Below are positions 22,620-32,401 of a stretch of DNA of 64,000 bases, in pieces. The stretch lies in contig JAQGDQ010002408.1 in NCBI GenBank assembly GCA_030141605.1, forward strand, positions 1-64,000, in the 5' to 3' direction. Below the pieces are notes generated by a model. It saw only the letters and a program-made list of their open reading frames with translations. It was not told the DNA's origin and did no database searches. The position numbers and the translations under genes were made by a program. Within the stretch, counting starts at the first letter, position 1. Every line of letters starts with the position of its first letter. This stretch comes from Tubiluchus corallicola (taxonomy: Eukaryota; Animalia; Priapulida).

Positions 22620-24300
22620 CTATAAATCGCTATTTTGGTTAATAAAAGCAGTTGTGTTTATAGATATTTTTAATATCATTCTTTGGTTGTCTTTGATATG
22701 TACAGGTTTCTCCGGTGGTGTTTGAAGGAGCATTTGTTTTTGTTTTTTTTTGTTTTTGGTTTGGTTGTGTTTTGATATTTTTAATATCATTCTTTGGTTG
22801 TCTTTGATATGTACAGGTTTCTCCGGTGGTGTTTGAAGGAGCATTTGGAAGACTAATTTTTTTGTTTTCGTTAAGTTGTTGATATTTTTTTTGTCTAATA
22901 CAAATGTGAGATACGATAAAGAAGCCCCTGTAACAAAGCCTTCACTGTTTGTTGCTGCAGGATGTATTATATTATCATTAGATTGAATAGTGTCTATTGG
23001 CTGTTCTGTCTCTTCTTCTAACATTATAATGCTCATAGTGCCTCCTATGGGAAGTGTATTTTCCGTGCTTATATTCAGTTGTGCAGATACTACGAGATCT
23101 ATATGTTTATCATCAATTTCGCCCATGTTTATAGTATCTGAAAAGAGAAAAGAATCAAGCTCTATATGCAGTGGGAGTGTTATAATTAGGTCTCCTGTTG
23201 TTTCACTTGTATCAGTCAAAAAGTTAGGAGCAATGTTAGGGTATTCATCTGGATAATTAGGCTCACCTACTCCCTTAAATACAGCTTTTGAGGGAGATTC
23301 TTTGAAGAATTCCGACATAGCACCGTTAGTTGTAGCATTTTCATAAGTGATAGTTGTTGTTTTTACGCCTTCATTAACCTCAAAAGGATATGAAAGAATA
23401 TGAGGAGCGTCTATATGTTTTATCTCTGTATTGATAGCATTATTGTTAGCATCAAGACCTCCAATATCAAGACTTATCTTTATGGGCATGCCTATAGAGT
23501 TTCGTACGATTATTTCCATCTTAGGGGAGGCAATGTATATATTGTCATCATATTTCTAATTCTATCGTTTCTTCTTTTATGTCTATTGGGGAGTCTCCGA
23601 ACTTTCCTTCTAGATAAGAAAATTCTAGATTAGTTAAGGAGAAAGTTATTGGATCTACTAGAACGTCCCCCACTTGATTTGACATAATTCTTACAGTTAC
23701 TGTTATTAGATTGTTTTCTAGAATTAGAGTTGTTCCTGGCGTTATATCTTGAGGGGGAGGCTCCTCAAAGTGACCAGGAGGTGTAAAATCATAAGGAGGT
23801 TTTGCTGCATCTAATGTAATAGAAACTAAATCAGGAGGCATCCAACCACTAAAGCCTGTTACGGAAATAGTTCCTTTTTTAAGAACTATTTTGCTTAGTT
23901 CATCCACCGTTTTATCCCCTGTGTATGTTATTGGGAAACGAATAATCATTACTATGTCGTAAGGGGCAAAAATATTATTATCCGCAGGTATTTCTATATT
24001 TTCAGCAGAGAATTCGGGAATTAGATCTTCTGTTGTAATAGAAAAAACATTCTCTTCTTTGAATATGGCTACTAAATTGCCTGACTCATCAGTTTCTATT
24101 TCGCCATCATTTATTTTTATTAAATCTTCAATGCTTACAGTGTCCCTTGTTATGGGCAAAAGCACTGAGGGCGTAATGCTAAATTTTACAGGTTTATCCA
24201 AGTCAAAGTAGTCTTTAATACAGGAAACAGATAAAATAATGACAATAACAACAATGAGTGACAAATAAATGTTTCTAATGGTAGTAAAATGCATTTTCAA
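22620..24300 (-). pseudogene. One lipoprotein gene (about 520-560 aa) split by a frameshift into ORFs 23548..24300 and 22620..23519; real lesion or assembly error
   Basis: The first ORF has lipobox SVSC-IKDYFD. It stops at ...ELEI-TGA while the overlapping frame reads YDDNIYIASPK into MEIIVRNSIGMP. The second ORF has no signal peptide. Confidence 0.65.
22663..22847. repeat. 74-bp perfect direct repeat (22663-22736 and 22774-22847) with a 37-bp G/T-only spacer
   Basis: Gives QMLLQTPPEKPVHIKDNQRMILKIS twice in frame. Confidence 0.95.
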
Positions 24301-24385
24301 AGTAAAATAAAGAAAGTTATTAACTTTATTAATAATTTAAATTAATTTGCAATTTACTTAAAAAAAAGAAAAAATGTAAATAAAA

Positions 24386-25123
24386 ATGATTTTAAACATC
24401 AAATATTTAGACAAGATATTATTCTTAGATATAGAAACAGTCCCCGCAGAGTTTAATTATTTAAACCTTTCTAAGAGGATGCAAAAATTATGGGACAAGA
24501 AATCCAATTTTTTCAGAAAAGAAGAAGAAACAGGAGAAAATGTTTATGAAAGGGCAGGAATTTATTCCGAATTTGGAAAAATAGTATGTGTCTCTGTAGG
24601 AATGATAAGGATGGAAAAGGATATAAAAAAGCTAACTTTGAGGTCTCTTGTTTCGGAGGACGAAGTAGAAATTCTAAAAGGTGTTTCAAAAATATTGAAT
24701 GATCACGCTCAAAAACCTTATGCCAATTTGTGTGCTCATAATGGAAAGGAGTTTGATTTTCCTTATATAGCTCGCAGGCTTCTTATTAATGGGTTACCAT
24801 TGCCAAAGATACTTAACATAGCAGGCAAAAAACCTTGGGAAGTGAAATTTTTGGACACAATGGAACTGTGGAAGTTTGGCGATTATAAACATTATACTTC
24901 TCTTGAACTCCTCACAGAGGTATTTAACATACCTTCGCCCAAAGATGATATGGAGGGGAGTGAGGTAGCTAAGGTTTATTGGGAAGATAAAAACTTGAAA
25001 AGAATAGCTCAATATTGCGAAAAAGATGTAGTTGCAACAGTACAATTGTTTTTAAGATATGCAGGACAAAATTTTATTGCAGAAGAGAATATAGAAAGTA
25101 AAACCTGTTTCGAAAACCTATAA
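24386..25123 (+). CDS. Stand-alone 3'-5' exonuclease, PolB proofreading-like (DEDD)
   Basis: LFLDIET, AHNGKEFDFP, LDTMELW, YCEKDV. Confidence 0.88.
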   Translation: MILNIKYLDKILFLDIETVPAEFNYLNLSKRMQKLWDKKSNFFRKEEETGENVYERAGIYSEFGKIVCVSVGMIRMEKDIKKLTLRSLVSEDEVEILKGVSKILNDHAQKPYANLCAHNGKEFDFPYIARRLLINGLPLPKILNIAGKKPWEVKFLDTMELWKFGDYKHYTSLELLTEVFNIPSPKDDMEGSEVAKVYWEDKNLKRIAQYCEKDVVATVQLFLRYAGQNFIAEENIESKTCFENL

Positions 25124-25182
25124 AGAAAGAATGATAATATTATGACATTAAGATTCTAAAATTTTCTAACACGATATATAAA

Positions 25183-25446
25183 ATGGAAAATGAAACATTA
25201 CATATTGTTATATTAATGCTTATTACTTTACTTTTCAATATTCCCACTGGATATTGGAGGAGTAAGGTGAAGAAGTTTTCATTTCAATGGTTTATAGCTG
25301 TGCATTTAGCTGTTCCTGTTATTGTTTTTACACGGTATATATTTGATATAAGATTAACTATATCTATATTGTTGATAGAAATATTTTTTTATGCCGTAGG
25401 GCAAAAGCTGGGAGAGAGGATACAAAGGGCGAGAAATAGCAAATAG
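25183..25446 (+). CDS. Small membrane protein of unknown function
   Basis: NIPTGYWR...KFSFQWF.AVHLAVP; about three TM segments. Confidence 0.7.
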   Translation: MENETLHIVILMLITLLFNIPTGYWRSKVKKFSFQWFIAVHLAVPVIVFTRYIFDIRLTISILLIEIFFYAVGQKLGERIQRARNSK

Positions 25447-25550
25447 TTGTTGCGTTTAAGAAGCTAAGCTATTATTTTGTTTCTAATAAGAGTAAAACAA
25501 GGGCTTACAGGTTTACATCTTCTGTTTATTTTCATTTAATATATTATTAT

Positions 25551-25558
25551 TATCTTTG
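25551..25558 (+). promoter_or_regulatory. Bacteroidota -7 promoter element (TATCTTTG) for gltBD
   Basis: Consensus match about 105 nt upstream of gltB. Confidence 0.55.
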
Positions 25559-25663
25559 CAGAAACACGAAATAGGGTTCTTCTTATTTCTGTTATTTGTC
25601 CGCAAATAGGTAATGCAAAATATACACATCAAAATATCAAAGGAAAAAAGCAAAGGATAAAAT

Positions 25664-28600
25664 ATGAAAGAAGATAGTTCGCTCTTGAAAAATAAAGGAT
25701 TATACTCCCCACAGTTGGAACACGATGCTTGTGGTATTGGCTTTGTGGCTCACCTCAAAGGCAAGCGTTCTCATACCATTGTAGAAAACGCTCTTACAAT
25801 GCTTGAAAATATGGAACATCGTGGAGCTACGGGAGCAGAAATTAATACAGGTGATGGAGCAGGAATACTAATACAGATACCCCATAAATTTTTCCAACAA
25901 GAGTGTGAGAAGTTAGGTGTTTTATTGCCAAAGTTTGGAGAGTATGGAGTTGGGATGATATTTTTTCCCAACGATAAAAACCTTAAAGAATACTGTAAAA
26001 ATACTATCAAAGAAATACTTTCTAAACTAAATTTCGAACTTCTGGGATACAGGGCAGTACCTGTTGTTAATGAAGGTATTGGAGATACAGCTAAAAGCCA
26101 AGAACCCATAGTAGAACAAATTTTTGTGAAAGCTAAACAAAAAATCACTCCCGAAGTTTTAGAACGAAGACTATTTGTGCTTAGAAAGCATATTACTATT
26201 ACCATAAGGAAAAGATACGAAGTAAGTAAGGACGATTTTTACATCCCTACATTATCTCACAAAACTATTGTCTACAAGGGGCAGCTTACCACTTATCAAG
26301 TAAAAAGTTATTTTCCTGACCTTGAAGATACTCGCATAGAAACAGCTCTTGCATTAGTACATTCAAGATTTTCGACCAATACATTTCCTAGATGGAAACT
26401 GGCACAACCTTTTAGATACCTCGCACATAATGGCGAGATAAACACTATACGAGGCAATGTAAACTGGATGAAGTCTTATGAAACATTATTTAAGTCAGCT
26501 AATTTTACTGATGAAGAAATTAAGCTGTTATTACCTATTTGTGATGAGACACAGTCAGATTCATCCAACTTTGATAAAGCAGTAGAAATGCTGCATCTTA
26601 GTGGACGGTCGCTTCCTCACGTGATGATGATGCTTATACCAGAAGCTTGGGAGGATAACACACAAATGCCAGAATATAAAAAAACATTTTATCAATATCA
26701 TTCTAACTTATTAGAGCCTTGGGATGGCCCTGCTTCAATTTGTTTTACCGATGGTAAGGTTGTGGGAGCAATATTGGACAGGAATGGTTTACGCCCTTCA
26801 CGATATACGGTTACTGAAGACGATATTATTGTGATGAGTTCAGAGGAAGGAGCATTACCTCTTGACCAATCAAAAATAAGACTGAAAAATAGATTACAGC
26901 CGGGGCGTATATTTGTAGCCGATCTTGAAAAAGGCAAGATAATAGAAGATGAAGAATTAAAAAGAGAAATAGCAGAAAAGCAGCCTTATGGTAAATGGCT
27001 AAAAGAGAATGCTATCACTATAGAAGATTTGCCTGATAGGCCTCAAAAGCACTATCAGTTTTCAGTAGATGGAATACTTACCAAACAACATATATTTGGC
27101 TATACATCGGAAGATATGCGACTCATACTTGCACAGATGTTTCAAAACCCGCAAGAGCCATTAGGCGCAATGGGGATAGACACCCCATTAGCAATACTTT
27201 CAAAGCAAAGCCAACATCTATCTCACTATTTTAAACAGTTGTTTGCACAGGTGAGTAATCCGCCTATGGACCCTATACGCGAGCGGCCTGTAATGTCGCT
27301 ACATACTGCTATTGGAACAACCTATAATATATTAGAAGAAACTCCATTACATTGTAAGCAAATTACTTTTAAGCAGCCTATTATTACTAATAGGCAGCTA
27401 GAAAAGATGCGAAATATACAAGATTCCTATTTTAGGTCGCATACTATCAACATTACTTTTAAAGCCGATGGAAAGAAAGGGCGTTTAGAGCAAGCCATTG
27501 ATAGAATAACAGATGAAGCTGAAGAGGCAGTGCTTAAAGGTTGTAATATATTAATTGTATCCGACAATCAATTTAGCACAGAAAATGCTCCTATACCTTC
27601 TTTACTTGCAACGGGAGCAATACATCAGCACCTTATTAAAACGGGATTGAGAGTTCGTACAGGTATAGCTGTGCAAGCTGGTGATGTGTACGAAACACAT
27701 CATTTTGCTACACTTATAGGCTATGGTGCTAATGTTGTAAATCCTTATCTTGCTTTTGATAGCTTTAAGTTACTTAAAGAGAAAAAGTACATCAATACAA
27801 ATATAGATGAAAAGCAGGGTATAGAAAACTATATTGCAGCTATTGGGAAAGGATTGTTGAAGATATTTTCTAAAATGGGAATATCTACTTTGCAATCTTA
27901 TCACGGAGCACAAATATTTGAAGCTCTTGGTCTAAATAAAAAGGTAATAGATAAGTGTTTTACCTCTACTGTGTCGCGTATAGAAGGACTTGGCTTCGAT
28001 GATATAGCAGAAGAAACACTCGCCAAACATAAACTTGCCTTCTTGAAAGGGAATAAAAGGGCTTACAAATTGCCTGAAGGTGGGATATACCGATGGAGAA
28101 GAAAGGGAGATATACACATACTTAATCCTACTACGATAGAATTGTTGCAGCATGCTACTAAGATGGGGGATTATGAGGTGTATAAAAAGTTTGCACAAGA
28201 AATTAATGAGCAAACAGAGAAGCTATACACCATAAGAGGAACACTAGATTTCAAGGAACAAACTTCTATACATATAGATGAAGTAGAACCTGCTGAAAAT
28301 ATATTAAAAAGGTTTGCTACAGGGGCTATGTCCTTTGGGTCAATATCGTACGAAGCACACTCTACACTTGCTATAGCGATGAACCGTATAGGAGCGAAAA
28401 GCAATAGTGGCGAAGGAGGAGAAGATGAAGATAGGTTTGAAAGGAAAGCTAATGGCGATTGGGAACGCTCTGCTATTAAACAGGTAGCATCAGGGAGATT
28501 TGGTGTTACGAGTAACTATCTGACCAATGCTGATGAATTGCAGATAAAAATTGCACAAGGAGCTAAGCCCGGTGAAGGGGGGCAATTGCCGGGGCATAAA

Positions 28601-30184
28601 GTAGATGAATGGATTGCACGAGTAAGGAATTCTACTCCTGGGGTGGGACTTATATCACCTCCACCTCATCACGACATATATTCTATTGAAGACCTTGCTC
28701 AATTAATTTTTGACCTTAAAAATGCTAATCGCAAGGCAAGGATAAATGTAAAACTTGTATCAGAAGCAGGAGTAGGAACAATTGCTGCAGGAGTGGCTAA
28801 GGCTCACGCCGATGTGGTGCTTGTCTCAGGACACGATGGCGGAACAGGAGCATCTCCCTTGTCTTCTATTCGTCATACCGGTTTGCCTTGGGAACTGGGT
28901 GTGGCTGAAAGCCATCAAACATTAGTAATGAACAACTTGCGTAGCCGTGTGGTGCTTCAAACGGATGGGCAGCTCCGTACAGGAAGGGATATAGCAATAG
29001 CTACATTACTTGGTGCAGAGGAGTGGGGTGTTGCTACATCAGCATTGGTAACAATGGGCTGTATAATGTTGAGAAAATGCCATCTTAACACTTGTTCTGT
29101 AGGGATAGCCACGCAAAACTCAAAGTTGCGTCAACTATTTACAGGAAAACCAGAATATGTGGTGAATTATTTTCAATTTATAACACAGGAGTTGCGTGAG
29201 ATAATGGCACAATTAGGTTATAGAACTATTAATGAAATGGTGGGACAGGTAGATGTGCTTAAAAAGAAGGATAATATTGACCACTGGAAGATAAAGAATA
29301 TTGATTATAGTCCAATATTACATAAAGGACCTCGCCAATCAGGAGTGTACAAGCAAATAGAACAAGACCATAATATAGATAAGGTGTTGGACAGACAGTT
29401 AATAGAGGTTGCGCAGTCTTCTATTAGCAATCAAAAGAGAACAGTAGCAAAGTTCCCTATTAAGAATACGGACAGAGCTGTGGGGGCAATGCTTTCCAAT
29501 GAAATATCAAAGAAATATGGTAGTCAAGGCTTGGCGGAGGATACTGTGCATTTCAAATTTAAGGGGGTAGCAGGACAAAGTTTTGGAGCGTTTTCTGCAA
29601 AGGGGCTATGTTTGGAATTAGAAGGAGCTGCCAATGATTATTTTGGCAAAGGGCAGTCAGGTGCTAAACTAGTTGTTTATCCTGATAGGAAAGCAAAGTT
29701 TGAACATCATAAAAATGCTATTATAGGCAATGTTGCTTTTTATGGTGCTACTTCGGGCGAGGCTTATATATGTGGTCTGGGAGGAGAGCGTTTTGCTGTA
29801 AGAAACTCCGGTGTAAAAGTGGTAGTAGAAGGAGTGGGTGATCATGGGTGTGAGTATATGACAGGAGGAGTAGTGGTGATACTTGGAAGTATAGGACGTA
29901 ATTTTGCAGCAGGTATGAGCGGAGGAATAGCTTATGTGTACGATAAGAAGAATATTCTGAAAGATAATTGCAATATGGAGTTGGTAGATTTAGAAGAGTC
30001 TGTAGAAGAAGACATCGAAACATTGAAAGCGCTTATTACCAAACACCATAGTTATACAGATAGTAAGATAGCAAAAAAGATATTAGACAACTGGAAGGAG
30101 GAAATAGCTAAGTTTATAAAAGTAATACCTAGAGATTATAAGAGAGCTTTGGCTGAGTTGAAGAAAAAGGGAAAAGTGGCATAG
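25664..30184 (+). CDS. gltB: Glutamate synthase large subunit
   Basis: EHDA-CGIGF catalytic Cys, HSRFSTNT, HNGEINT, QGAKPGEGGQLP, CIMLRKCHLNTC 3Fe-4S motif, GXGXG domain. Confidence 0.98.
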   Translation: MKEDSSLLKNKGLYSPQLEHDACGIGFVAHLKGKRSHTIVENALTMLENMEHRGATGAEINTGDGAGILIQIPHKFFQQECEKLGVLLPKFGEYGVGMIFFPNDKNLKEYCKNTIKEILSKLNFELLGYRAVPVVNEGIGDTAKSQEPIVEQIFVKAKQKITPEVLERRLFVLRKHITITIRKRYEVSKDDFYIPTLSHKTIVYKGQLTTYQVKSYFPDLEDTRIETALALVHSRFSTNTFPRWKLAQPFRYLAHNGEINTIRGNVNWMKSYETLFKSANFTDEEIKLLLPICDETQSDSSNFDKAVEMLHLSGRSLPHVMMMLIPEAWEDNTQMPEYKKTFYQYHSNLLEPWDGPASICFTDGKVVGAILDRNGLRPSRYTVTEDDIIVMSSEEGALPLDQSKIRLKNRLQPGRIFVADLEKGKIIEDEELKREIAEKQPYGKWLKENAITIEDLPDRPQKHYQFSVDGILTKQHIFGYTSEDMRLILAQMFQNPQEPLGAMGIDTPLAILSKQSQHLSHYFKQLFAQVSNPPMDPIRERPVMSLHTAIGTTYNILEETPLHCKQITFKQPIITNRQLEKMRNIQDSYFRSHTINITFKADGKKGRLEQAIDRITDEAEEAVLKGCNILIVSDNQFSTENAPIPSLLATGAIHQHLIKTGLRVRTGIAVQAGDVYETHHFATLIGYGANVVNPYLAFDSFKLLKEKKYINTNIDEKQGIENYIAAIGKGLLKIFSKMGISTLQSYHGAQIFEALGLNKKVIDKCFTSTVSRIEGLGFDDIAEETLAKHKLAFLKGNKRAYKLPEGGIYRWRRKGDIHILNPTTIELLQHATKMGDYEVYKKFAQEINEQTEKLYTIRGTLDFKEQTSIHIDEVEPAENILKRFATGAMSFGSISYEAHSTLAIAMNRIGAKSNSGEGGEDEDRFERKANGDWERSAIKQVASGRFGVTSNYLTNADELQIKIAQGAKPGEGGQLPGHKVDEWIARVRNSTPGVGLISPPPHHDIYSIEDLAQLIFDLKNANRKARINVKLVSEAGVGTIAAGVAKAHADVVLVSGHDGGTGASPLSSIRHTGLPWELGVAESHQTLVMNNLRSRVVLQTDGQLRTGRDIAIATLLGAEEWGVATSALVTMGCIMLRKCHLNTCSVGIATQNSKLRQLFTGKPEYVVNYFQFITQELREIMAQLGYRTINEMVGQVDVLKKKDNIDHWKIKNIDYSPILHKGPRQSGVYKQIEQDHNIDKVLDRQLIEVAQSSISNQKRTVAKFPIKNTDRAVGAMLSNEISKKYGSQGLAEDTVHFKFKGVAGQSFGAFSAKGLCLELEGAANDYFGKGQSGAKLVVYPDRKAKFEHHKNAIIGNVAFYGATSGEAYICGLGGERFAVRNSGVKVVVEGVGDHGCEYMTGGVVVILGSIGRNFAAGMSGGIAYVYDKKNILKDNCNMELVDLEESVEEDIETLKALITKHHSYTDSKIAKKILDNWKEEIAKFIKVIPRDYKRALAELKKKGKVA

Positions 30185-30220
30185 TTGAATTTAGAGTAGA
30201 ATAATAATATAGAATGAAAT

Positions 30221-31708
30221 ATGTCCAAACCAAAAGGATTTTTAGAAAATGAACGTAGAATTCCTTCAGTGAGGAATGTGGAGGAACGTTTGAAAGATTA
30301 TAACGAATTGTATTATCCGTTTACGGAGGAAGGTGTAAATAAGCAGGCAGAACGGTGTATGGAATGTGGTGTGCCTTTTTGCCATAGTGGTTGTCCGTTG
30401 GGCAATCTTATTCCTGAGTTTAATGAAATGGTAAACGAGGAAAATTGGAGAGGGGCAATGTCTGTATTAGGCGATACAAATAATTTTCCTGAATTTACGG
30501 GAAGAATATGTCCTGCTCCTTGTGAAGATGCTTGTACGTTAGAGATTAACAATTCGCCTGTTACTATTGAGTTTATTGAAAAAACAATAGCAGAGAAAGC
30601 TTACGAGCACGGATATATAAAACCAAAAATACCCCAAAAACGAACGGGTAAAAAAGTGGCGATAGTAGGTTCAGGGCCTGCGGGTTTAGCTGTGGCTGCT
30701 CAACTAAATAAGGTAGGACATTGGGTGGTGGTGTATGAACGGGACGATAGGGTTGGGGGACTTCTTACTTATGGTATTCCTGATTTTAAACTTGAAAAGT
30801 GGGTAATAGAAAGACGTGTGGATATAATGAAGCGCGAAGGAGTGGTTTTTGAAACTAATGCAGAGGTGGGGGTGAATGTTTCCACAGATTTCTTATTGGA
30901 AGAGTTTGATGCAGTAGTGCTTTGTGGTGGTTCTACGGTGCCAAGAGATTTGGAGGTGAAAGGACGTGAGTTAGAGGGCGTGTGTTTTGCTATGGATTTT
31001 TTGAAACAACAAAATAAAAGGGTAGCAGGTATTTCCTTTGAGGAGAAAGATATATTGGCTACCGATAGAAATGTAGTAGTAATAGGGGGTGGAGACACAG
31101 GGGCAGACTGTGTAGGGACTTCGAATAGGCATAAGGCAAAGTCGGTTACGCAAATAGAAATAATGCCTAAGCCTCCTGTTAAAAGAGAAAAAAATAACCC
31201 TTGGCCTCAATGGGGACAAACGCTAAGGACTTCAACATCGCACAAGGAAGGAGTAAACCGCCAATGGGCTACTCTTACAAAAGAGATAATAGGTGATGAA
31301 CAAGGTAGGATAAAGGCCATAAAAACAGTAAAGGTGAAATGGAAGAAAATGAAGGATGGAGGGTTTCACTTTGAAGAGTTGAAAGGAACAGAGAAGGAGC
31401 TGCCTTGTGATTTGTTGTTGCTTGCTATGGGCTTTGTTCATCCTCAACATAAAGGATTGCTTGAACAGCTTGAAGTAGAATTGGATGAAAGAGGCAATGT
31501 AAAGGCTCGGAATTATAGAACTACTGCAGATAAGGTTTTTGTTGCAGGTGATATGAGAAGAGGACAGTCGTTGGTGGTGTGGGCAATATCAGAAGGACGT
31601 GAAGCTGCAAGGGAGGTGGATAAATATTTGATGGAAGATTCTAGCTTAGGAGCTAAGGATATGTCTATCTTAAAACTACAAGATGAACTTAACGTAAATG
31701 AAGAATAA
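30221..31708 (+). CDS. gltD: Glutamate synthase small subunit
   Basis: RCMECGVPFC...CP, GRICPAPCE..C, GSGPAG, GGGDTGADC, GDMRRGQSLVVWAI. Confidence 0.97.
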   Translation: MSKPKGFLENERRIPSVRNVEERLKDYNELYYPFTEEGVNKQAERCMECGVPFCHSGCPLGNLIPEFNEMVNEENWRGAMSVLGDTNNFPEFTGRICPAPCEDACTLEINNSPVTIEFIEKTIAEKAYEHGYIKPKIPQKRTGKKVAIVGSGPAGLAVAAQLNKVGHWVVVYERDDRVGGLLTYGIPDFKLEKWVIERRVDIMKREGVVFETNAEVGVNVSTDFLLEEFDAVVLCGGSTVPRDLEVKGRELEGVCFAMDFLKQQNKRVAGISFEEKDILATDRNVVVIGGGDTGADCVGTSNRHKAKSVTQIEIMPKPPVKREKNNPWPQWGQTLRTSTSHKEGVNRQWATLTKEIIGDEQGRIKAIKTVKVKWKKMKDGGFHFEELKGTEKELPCDLLLLAMGFVHPQHKGLLEQLEVELDERGNVKARNYRTTADKVFVAGDMRRGQSLVVWAISEGREAAREVDKYLMEDSSLGAKDMSILKLQDELNVNEE

Positions 31709-31719
31709 ATACTAAGGGG

Positions 31720-32298
31720 ATGAGGTTGCTTTTTGCTACTAATAATAGAAATAAACTCAAAGAGATACAGAAACTTTTAGGTAGTAAGTTTGAAGTAGTA
31801 AGTTTGAAAGAAGTAGGTTTCGTAGGAGATATTCCAGAAGATTATGCAACTCTTGAAGAGAACGCCAAGCAGAAAGCACAGTATATTTACGAGAAGTGCA
31901 AAATAAATTGTTTTGCAGATGATACAGGCTTAGAAGTAGAAGCCTTGCAGGGAGAACCCGGCGTGTATTCGGCACGTTATGCAGGTGATGAGGCAAACTC
32001 GGAGAAGAATATGGATAAGGTGCTTCAAAAAATGGAGGGAATTAAGAATAGAAAGGCTAAGTTTCGTACCATAATTTCGCTAATAGAAGAAGGAGAGGAA
32101 AAGCAGTTTGAAGGAGTTGTAGAAGGAAATATAACTACTACACGCAAGGGGGAAAAGGGCTTTGGCTACGACCCAATATTTATTCCAGAAGGTTATTCTG
32201 TTTCTTTTGCAGAAATGCCATTGGAGCAAAAAAATGCTATTAGCCATAGGGGAAAGGCAATACAAAAACTAATTAACTATCTTAATAAAAGGGTCTAA
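31720..32298 (+). CDS. rdgB: Non-canonical purine NTP pyrophosphatase (HAM1/RdgB)
   Basis: ATNN.NK..E, ADDTGL, PGVYSARY, GFGYDP, SHRG. Confidence 0.95.
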   Translation: MRLLFATNNRNKLKEIQKLLGSKFEVVSLKEVGFVGDIPEDYATLEENAKQKAQYIYEKCKINCFADDTGLEVEALQGEPGVYSARYAGDEANSEKNMDKVLQKMEGIKNRKAKFRTIISLIEEGEEKQFEGVVEGNITTTRKGEKGFGYDPIFIPEGYSVSFAEMPLEQKNAISHRGKAIQKLINYLNKRV

Positions 32299-32332
32299 TT
32301 TTTTAGCGATAATATTAAAATAATTTCTTGTT

Positions 32333-32370
32333 GGGGATACGTCCTAAGTGAAGAGGGAGGATATATCCCC
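32333..32370 (+). terminator. Hairpin after rdgB, possible terminator
   Basis: GGGGATACGTCCT ... AGGATATATCCCC imperfect stem with a weak U tail. Confidence 0.4.
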
Positions 32371-32401
32371 TATGTTATTTATATATGAAACACTAATTGA
32401 A

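Noticed and set aside
22663-22847. Repeat-spacer-repeat as a mini CRISPR array
   Set aside because: The repeat is 74 bp of coding sequence, the spacer is low complexity, and there are no cas genes.
23545-23550. TGA TGA as selenocysteine or stop-codon readthrough
   Set aside because: The downstream coding sequence is in a different frame, so readthrough would not join the ORFs.
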